A DNA stretch of 64,000 nucleotides from the human T2T-CHM13v2.0 reference genome, Homo sapiens: assembly GCF_009914755.1 (NCBI RefSeq), contig NC_060929.1; one strand, written 5' to 3'. How positions within the stretch are numbered: the stretch's first letter is position 1; each line of letters starts with the position of its first letter. The position numbers and the translations under genes were made by a program. The notes beneath the pieces are model-generated. The model had not been told where the DNA came from, ran no database searches, and saw only the letters and a program-made list of their open reading frames with translations. Positions 54,650-64,000 of the stretch are shown piece by piece.

Positions 54650-55019
54650 TAATGAGATTAATTATGTCCTTTCAGAATTCAAATATTGAAGTCCTAATCT
54701 CCAGTACCCAGAGTGGGACTGTATTTGGAAACAGTACCTTTAAAAAGGTAATTAAAGTAAAATGAAGTCATTAGGGTGGGCCCTAACCTAAAACGGCTGA
54801 TGTCTTTTCTGATAAGAGAAAAGGATACTGAGGAAGACCACGAGGAAAAACCAGAAGATGGCCATCCACAAGCCTAGGAGAGTAGCCTCAGAAGAAACCA
54901 TCCCTGCTGACATCTTGATCTTGGACTTCTAGACTCCAGAATTGTAAGAACATAATTCACTGTTGTTTAAACCACCCAGTATTTTGTGTGTATTACGGCA
55001 GCTCTAGCAAGCTAAGGCA
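54650..55019 (+). mobile_element. MLT1A/B LTR
   Basis: ttgaagtcctaatctccagtacc...gtatttggaaa...tagggtgggccctaa...ttgatcttggacttctag...tgttgtttaaaccacccag. Confidence 0.88.
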
Positions 55020-55115
55020 GAACAGTCGTGTAAAAGGAAAAGTTTCTGTTTACACAGTTCCAAATGGCAGCCTGTTATTCAAATACCAACCACTGAATGA
55101 GTCCTTCAGTCCCTC

Positions 55116-55481
55116 TGTATTAGTCCATTTTCACATTGCTATAAAGGAATACCTGAGACTTGGTAATGTATAAGGGAAAGAGGTTTAATTGACTCAGTTC
55201 TGCATGGCTGGAAGGCCTCAGGAAATTTGCAATCATGGTAGAAAAGGCAGAGGCATGTCTTACATGGCAGCAGATGAGAGAGAGCAAGTGTGTGTCAGCT
55301 AAGGAAAAACTACCATTTATAAAACCATCAGATCTTGTGAGAATTCACTCAGTATTGCAAGAACAGCATGGGGGAAACCACCCCAATAATCCAGTCACTT
55401 TCCAACAGGTCTCTTCCTAAACACCTGGAGATTACAATTCAAGATGAGATTTGGGTGGGGACACAAAGCCTAACCATATCA
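55116..55481 (-). mobile_element. THE1D-like solo LTR
   Basis: tgtattagtccattttcac...gagatttgggtggggacacaaagcctaaccatatca; perfect 5-bp TSD ccctc. Confidence 0.93.
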
Positions 55482-57502
55482 CCCTCTTTCCCCACTGGTT
55501 TGCATCCTTGTAGTAAATCAAAATCCCATATTTATTATAATTTATTTTGGCCTCTATTCTGCTCCATTAAACCACTTTTTATTTATGCAGCTCCAAAGTA
55601 CTTTAATATGTTGACACAATGAAAATTTAATATATTAATATGTCAAAGGTTTTGAAATTTGTATGATATTTTAATATCTAGCAAGATTATTCCCTTTTCA
55701 TCTGTCTTCTCAGAATTGTTTTAGATATTTCCATCTCCTTTTCAAATGGGGACTTGATAACATTCTGCCTTTTGTTATTTAATTATAATCACATTTCATA
55801 TACATATGAGTTTAGAATGAATTAATATTTATAAACTTCCTATCCAAGAATACATTCTATTTTTGCATTTACTTAAATATAATTTAATGTCATTTCATAT
55901 ATTTTTATGTAGAGTTCTCTATATAAGTCTTGAACGTTGTTATGTTTATTTCAACATATTATTACTTTGTATGTGAATACCAGTGCAAATGGGATTTTCT
56001 CTTCTATTGCACTCCATGTATGTTTCCTTTTTATATAAGAATATGATTACATTTAATGACTTCTATTATTATTTCTAACGTTTTTTAGTTGACTCGAAAT
56101 TTCTAGGTAGACAGTTACATCATCTTATATGTTTTGATCACCCAATTCAATATTGATCACTTTAATATTTTCTATTGTCGATTTGTGCCGGCTAGTTATA
56201 TCAGTCAGTATTTTTAAGTGAAGCAGTAGTACCTGATTCTGGTTTCTTTAATCAGAAAATGAATTTAGATAATAAAATACCTGGAAGAGTAACAGAAGAC
56301 TGTCAGCAAAAACCAAAGCAAAATCATGTCATGCAATCTCTTTGGTGACAACCTTGCTGCCACTGCTCTACATAGATGCCATGGCAAGCACCACCTATCA
56401 TGCCAGCACTTGATAGAGTACCTCTGAGCCTGGCATAGCTAGTTTGCTGCCACTGTCTGCACACCCTCCTTCCTTGATTTTCAATGCTCCTGGCTTCTTT
56501 GCATTGCAAAGCTCCAGTCAAATTCATATGCCTTTTTTCTACGGGCCATAAGGACCCAGAAAGTGAGAAACTGGCTCTACCAGTGGTATGAGCTCTGCAT
56601 AATCAGATGCTAGAGCTCTGGACAAAAATGGTAAGGGTCGATTACATTAGTACTTCCAGATCAAGGTTAACTAAATATGCTAATAGGGGGTGTTATGAGC
56701 TACAATCCTCCCCCGGCTCCTTGATTTTTTTTGGTTCTTGGCTCCAATAGAATAGTTCAAATTTTTATCATGAAAAATCATGCTCACTTAAGATGACATA
56801 TATATATATAATTTCATGTTAGAGTTAGTCCTAGTTTTAGTCTACTGATAAGTTTTTAAAATCAGAAATAGATTTTAAATTTTGACAAACATCTATCTCA
56901 CTGACATTTATTAAGAAAATGGTATTTGTTTTCATTTGACTTATCAGTTATGTATTGCATTATTGACTTCCTGTTATTGAGTAATTCTTATATTTTTGTT
57001 ATAAACTTCCTATGATCCTAAGGAGTTATTGTTTTCATCTACCACTGACATCCACATTTCCCTTTGAAAATGTTGGATTAAAAATAAATATTCATTTGTG
57101 AGACTGGTTAGTATTATCTGTGGCGTATTTGTCACACATTATATCAGTGTTTACCTGACTTCAAAAAAAAAAACAAAGATTTGATTCTTTCACTGTAATG
57201 TAATACAGCGTGAGATTTATTTATTAAGTAAAACAACAAAGGAATTTTTGTGTTAAACTGCTTATTTGGAAGCACATATGTTTTAGTGTTTAATTGTAGC
57301 TTATTTTCACAGAAAATAATCTAATTTAGCTTAAAAATTTATACAGAGCTTTTAAATAATTCCATTGTCATTTTTTAACTTTTCTCAAGATCTATGATTA
57401 GTGTTCTATTATTTCTAATTTGGTAATTTTTTGCTTTGCCTTTTATTCTTAATTAGTATGTTTTATGATCTATTATATTTTCTTTCCAAATAATTACCTC
57501 TT

Positions 57503-57610
57503 CCTCTAGTTCCAGCTACTGGGAGACTGAGTTGGAAGGATCACTTGATCCCAAGAGTTTGAGTCCTGCCTAGACAACATAGAAAGACCCCATCTCTAAT
57601 AAAAAAGAAA
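57503..57610 (+). mobile_element. FLAM/Alu monomer
   Basis: ccagctactgggagactgag...ggatcacttgatcccaagagtttgag...gaccccatctct + A-rich tail. Confidence 0.8.
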
Positions 57611-58517
57611 CTTAAAAATATTTTTTAAAGCTACCTATTTTTTAATGCTATTTTTTCTATTTCTTATAGAAATAAAAAAAGTTATAGATTTATAACTATC
57701 AGCAACTTCTTTCTTTCTACAGAATCATAATTGTGTTCTATAGGTCATTTTTAAAGCTATCTTCTTGATTCAGTCACCGAATTGATTCACTGTGATTTGT
57801 CTGGTTCAGTAGCACATTTTCCTCTGTGGCATAGCTTTAGCCATATTATATAGGTTTTGATATGTTTCATTAATTTCTACTAATTTTGCAATTTGAGTTT
57901 TGATTTTTTCTTTAACCTTGGGATTGCTTGAAATGTATCTTGACATTGTTTTTGTTTATACTTTTGTTATTAATTTTAAGAATTTTTATAGTGAATATGT
58001 CTGCAGTACCTACATTTTGGGAAATATATGAACATTTCCATTATGTCGTAAAGTACAATCAATTAAAAAATATTTTATGGCTTCCATAAAATAACATATA
58101 GCTTTTCTTTGAGAGATGTAGAATTTGACTTGAACATTAACATAAATATATTTAAATAAAATAAATCTATAAATGAATATAAATATAGCATACTATATAT
58201 AAATAATATATTTAGAAATGCTACATATTTTTGTTGTTTTACTAGACTTTTCATGAGCTTATTGATGTAAATTAATATCTTCTTTCTATTGATTTTTTTA
58301 GTGTATTTTCTACATTTCATTATTTAGGTACTGTGATGCTTTGTTATTTGTTGGATAAAGATTTATTATTAGAGTTATAACCTCATCGTATGTTCTTTTT
58401 GCTTCATTAACTTTTTTTGGATTAAACTTCCTTTGAAATCAATAATATTTCTATAACTTTCTTCTTAAAATTATTGCTTTGCTGTAAATCTGTCCATCTT
58501 TTTACTTTTAATCTTTC

Positions 58518-58619
58518 TTAAGCAGTTTTTGTCTTTACGTGTTTTATATAGAATATAGGACAAATTAAGCAGTTAAGCAGTTTTTGTCTTTACATGTTTT
58601 ATATACAATATAGGACAAA
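58518..58619. repeat. 47-bp tandem duplication with an 8-bp stutter
   Basis: ttaagcagtttttgtctttac.tgttttatata.aatataggacaaa x2, separated by ttaagcag. Confidence 0.95.
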
Positions 58620-58818
58620 TTATACATTTTTGAACCAATTTAAATCTTTTTATATTAAGTTAGGATGTTTTACTCATTTTTGCATTCAGGTTTTTATGTG
58701 ATTATTCTTTAGCATCAAGTTTTCAAACATTTGCCTATTAAAATTTTATTTCCATGTAAATTCATCTTCAGATATACAAACATACATTTTTTCCCGTGTT
58801 CAATCTGCTTCTCCTGTT

Positions 58819-59122
<304 letters not shown>

Positions 59123-60369
59123 TGCTTCTCCTGTTCTTCATCTTCTTCTTCTTCTTCTTCCTTTTGTCTTTTACATCTATCATTTATGACAAAATTTTGG
59201 AGTCATGTTATTTTCAAAAAGGAATAATCATTTCTAATTACATTCTTCATTTTTAAAGATGTTTCCCTTAAATTTGAATATCAAACTGTATAAATTAAGT
59301 TTAAGTTACTACTATTTTTTTCCTTCAGAATGTTGCTGATGCTGTTGTTAAGAAGTTTGAGCTAGTGTGTCATAGCAACCTCCGTCTTCCTCTTTCCATC
59401 CCATCTTTTTTAAGTTCCTGAATTTTTTTTGCCTTAAAACTTAATTTTTTTTCCTTGAAATTCAAACCCAGAGATATGTCTTGTTTGATCATTTTGTATA
59501 TTCTGTTTTTCCTGTTGCATGGAATTTTGTTTATTTCTTTTTAAATTAGTGATTTGGGTTATTGGCAAATTTCATTCTAGTCTATCTTTGCCTATTCCAT
59601 TATTCCATTCTAATTTTTCATTTTCTGTATCAATTGTTTTCTGAAGAAACACTGATTCTGTTGATGTTCAACTAACTTTGTCCTCCTCATCCAAGGATTT
59701 GGTCCAAGAGAGAGAAAAGTTCATTGCCCCTTTTTTCTTTTTGTTTGTTCGTTTGTTTGTTGTTGTTTTGAAGAGGAGATGAGAAAGGTAAAGAGAGAGG
59801 AAGATATTGAAACTTAAATGATTCTTAACCATCAAAGCTGAAAAGCTTTGGAAATCTGGTTTGATGCTTTTACTTTTCAAAGCAGAACCCTGAAATTAAA
59901 AATTTAAGTGATTGAGCCAACGACACACACTTTGAGGAGAACATTTGGAAAATTTAGATGAAATATACTATATTGTTTGCTGCACAATTTGCAATTAACA
60001 AATTTTCACTTCCTTTATCTTCTAAAAAAGGATTTATAAAACTTATTTCATGTATTTCATGTGATTCTTACCTGGAATAGTATATATTATTTTATGAGCA
60101 TAAGACACAACCTATAATTACTGTTCTGTAAAAACTATCATAATATGAAAGTGTGGGGGAGGGAAATGCTATTGAAATATTGGCATATCACTACTCCAAG
60201 ACTAATGCATATTCTTTTCATGTGAGATGAAAATAAAGCCTTATTCAATTATTCATTTAACTAAAAGTGGTCACTTGGCATCTCACACATCACTCACAAT
60301 TTCTTTGTCTTGCCTCTTGTTGCATTTTCCTGCTAAGCATACTGTCAAATTTCCTCTTTATTAATGCAC

Positions 60370-60642
60370 TAAAATCATTTCTATCAAAATTAAAGTCAAG
60401 ACATCCCTACACAAAGCAATCTTCATGACTCACCTTTGTCAATGCAGCTTGTATTACCTGGCAGAATTCTAATTTGTTTCTATTGTCTAGGTGTATGTTT
60501 TCATTCTTGCTTTCTCTTCCTGAACAATATTTTAAGTTCTCTAAGACTGAAGCTCTATATTCTCATTTTGCATCCCTCAAGTGCCTAGTACAATGCAGTC
60601 TGTATTGTTAGTACTTGTCAAACACTTCTGGAAGAAGGAATA
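60370..60642 (+). mobile_element. L2 3' fragment
   Basis: tttaagttctctaagact...tttgcatccctcaagtgcctagtacaatgc...aaacacttctggaagaaggaat. Confidence 0.6.
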
Positions 60643-62547
60643 CCCAGTTCACCCACTTTCTTTCCCACAGATTTTGCCCTCTCACTAGCTACATGATAAT
60701 AAGGCACTGAGTAAATTGGCATTTTTATATAGCTTTATATGGTTAAAGACAGAAAATTCAGTAGTTTTATATAGCATCTGTGCTGTTCAGAATCTCCCTT
60801 TCCTTAAATTTCTCCCTGTGCCACAACAGGTAAAGAATATCTCAGGGTGAGCTATTTTCATCCCTTTTTGACTGTATGGAATGCTCCTTAAGTGTCATTT
60901 TATTTTTTTATCCAAAATGTTTAGTTGGAAATTGTTAAATTTCCAAATTGTAAGGCAGTTGTTGACTTTGTTGACTCTTGACCTCATGACCTCATGTAGG
61001 GTTCATAGCACAGCTGGGAAAGTTGAGGTATGACCATGTAGCTTTAAGTTAGAGTACCCTTTTCAGTCTAGATGTGTCTTAATTTATGATTTTGTTTACT
61101 TTATAATATATACGTCCAAATTAACTTTAAAATTCAAAAATTATAGGGCACATTATATTTATCTGTCAACTGAAATTTTATCTCTTAGTGAAAAAAAAAA
61201 TCCAAGATTGGTTCAGAAAATTTGGCATTTAAACAGGATCATACTGACTTTCATGGGATTAATAATTCATATGTTTTATCGTATTTGGGGCATTTCAGTA
61301 AGTCCATTATACCTATATTTTCTGTGCAGTCAGTAAATTTTGTAGCTCTTAAAACCCATGAAGTGAAATATAGGTTTGAAATGCCATAACACTATCAATA
61401 CATTAATATTTATGTAGCTCTTTTCATGACAAACATTCTAAAATGCGCTCCAGTAAAATAAAGTGAAATAAAGCATGAAGAGAATGTGGATGATTACAAG
61501 TCAAAAGGTTGCTTTAAAAGACAAATCAAATGAATCTGTTTGACGAAGTGATTGACCAGTTTACACCAAAGATAGCAACTCCATTTAGGTGACCTCTTAA
61601 CTTGGGAAGCTAGAGAATTAGAGGCAGCCCTTCAACAATGAGGCAAGTGTTATAATTAACAAGTCAAATTCAGCAAAGCCTTTCTAATCACTCAGATAAG
61701 ACAGCTTCATTCCTGTTGGTCTATAAACTAACCAGGGCTTCAGGCCATGGGCCATTTTCATAACTCTATCAATGTGACTTTGCAGTCCTAAATATAAATA
61801 AGGGTAAATAAGCTGATAAAATGCAGTCATAAAACATTTTTAATTTATTGTGGGGTTCTTCACACATCACAGAAACAAATTATTGATATAAATTATGCTA
61901 ATTTCTTTCTGTGATGAGGTCATTCATGAGTAAAAGATAAATCTAGAGGACAAATGCCCTTTAATGCCTACCTACTGCTTCTCTAAATGTGGGTTGTCTC
62001 CACCTAATTTCCTTTGAAAATGAATGATGCTATGCAAAGATATTCTTCACTTTAAGACCTGTTTAGTTTAAAATGATGAGAAAGCTGGGGGGACTAGGTG
62101 GAGTAATAACCTAGGATGTTGTTGAAGTATATAATCGCAAATAAACAGGAAAGAGCGAGCCTGGAAGGCCATGTGATCCTGAAATACTGTTGTTATAACA
62201 TTTTTAACTACCAAAATTCTTCCAGTGACTATGGAAACTTATTTTTTTCCTTCGGTATGCCTTATCACCCTGCAAAAAAAGTTACTCTAAAGATGGATTA
62301 CTGATTTTTTTCCCCCCTGTATCTGAGAAGCTTTAGGAAAAAGATGACCATTATCCACTCATTTTAGCTACATATTCATTCATGTTATGAAGAAGGACAG
62401 GAATGAGAAATAACCAAGAGTGATCATCACACTTATGACACTGTCATATTCCACTAAGGATCAGTGTTTTTCTAATATAATTACACATTGTAGTGATAAA
62501 ACCTATTGGCTTAATGCTCTCCCTTTGTTGGGGGCCAGCATTCCTAA

Positions 62548-63420
<873 letters not shown>

Positions 63421-64000
63421 CGTGATCAGGCAAACAGTTTAACTTTACATAGTTGCTATGCAGGAAAAACTCATTGCATCCAAGTGGCCCGTCCAGAGAC
63501 ACTCATTCCCTTCTTAGAAATAACCACCTACAACTTATAGCATTGCCAGGTGTTTGTATCTGGCCCCTAAAATTAAAGGAGTCCCAGTTTCTGTCCTAAA
63601 AATGTATATATTAGAACCATTAGATAACCCAAGAGGCTCTTTGAGAATTGAATTAAGAAACAAAACAAAACAAAATAAAAAATTGGGTAAAATACATCTA
63701 TGTGAGATGTATTTGGCTAAAAGGTCTGCTAATGCCCTGAAATTTGTGGATCCCAGGCTTTTTGCTGGGCTATCAAAACACTTGCTTATAAAGCCAGAAT
63801 GCAGTTAAGCTTCCTTTTTAGATAATTATATCCTTTTTCATCTCAAATTATAGACTTACTAGTTCAACATCTATTCCTTCTAAAAAGCTTTGCTAGATAA
63901 ATTATAAGCCTGAGTTTTTCAAGCAAGTATTTTTTTAACAAGCATAGATTTTTGACATAGGTATTCCACTATTCACCTCTATTTTACACTTTACCACCTT

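Overview
AT-rich primate genomic DNA (AluY present, so catarrhine and probably human or great ape). It looks intronic or intergenic. I recognise no protein-coding exon, RNA gene or CpG island, and I cannot name the host gene. Much of the window is transposon-derived: 14 Alus plus a FLAM monomer, old L1M tracts, two short L1PA 3' ends, L2/L3/MIR relics, a full-length MST (MaLR) provirus carrying a nested ERV1 solo LTR, THE1, MLT1, MER50 and MER57/93-type solo LTRs, and DNA-transposon relics (MADE1, MER30, MER82, MER3, MER5, MER58). The supplied ORFs are repeat-derived or of chance length. Most interesting by eye: (1) locally templated insertions, namely a 211-bp copy of 45911-46122 pasted into an L1 at 42751, a ~35-bp copy of 28339-28375 pasted into an AluJ, and a smaller case in MER30; (2) a repeat-free block at 36.9-37.7 kb with enhancer-like motifs, then CCAAT + TATA + a strong splice donor, with well-formed non-coding exon candidates downstream (possible lncRNA or alternative first exon); (3) a MADE1 (miR-548-type) hairpin nested in a THE1 LTR that keeps a DUX4-type motif; (4) an AluSc/AluSp-Sq mosaic with an intact TSD. 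Repeat subfamily names come from recalled consensus sequences and need RepeatMasker/Dfam confirmation. Nothing here demonstrates a new biological system; the regulatory and transcript calls are hypotheses.
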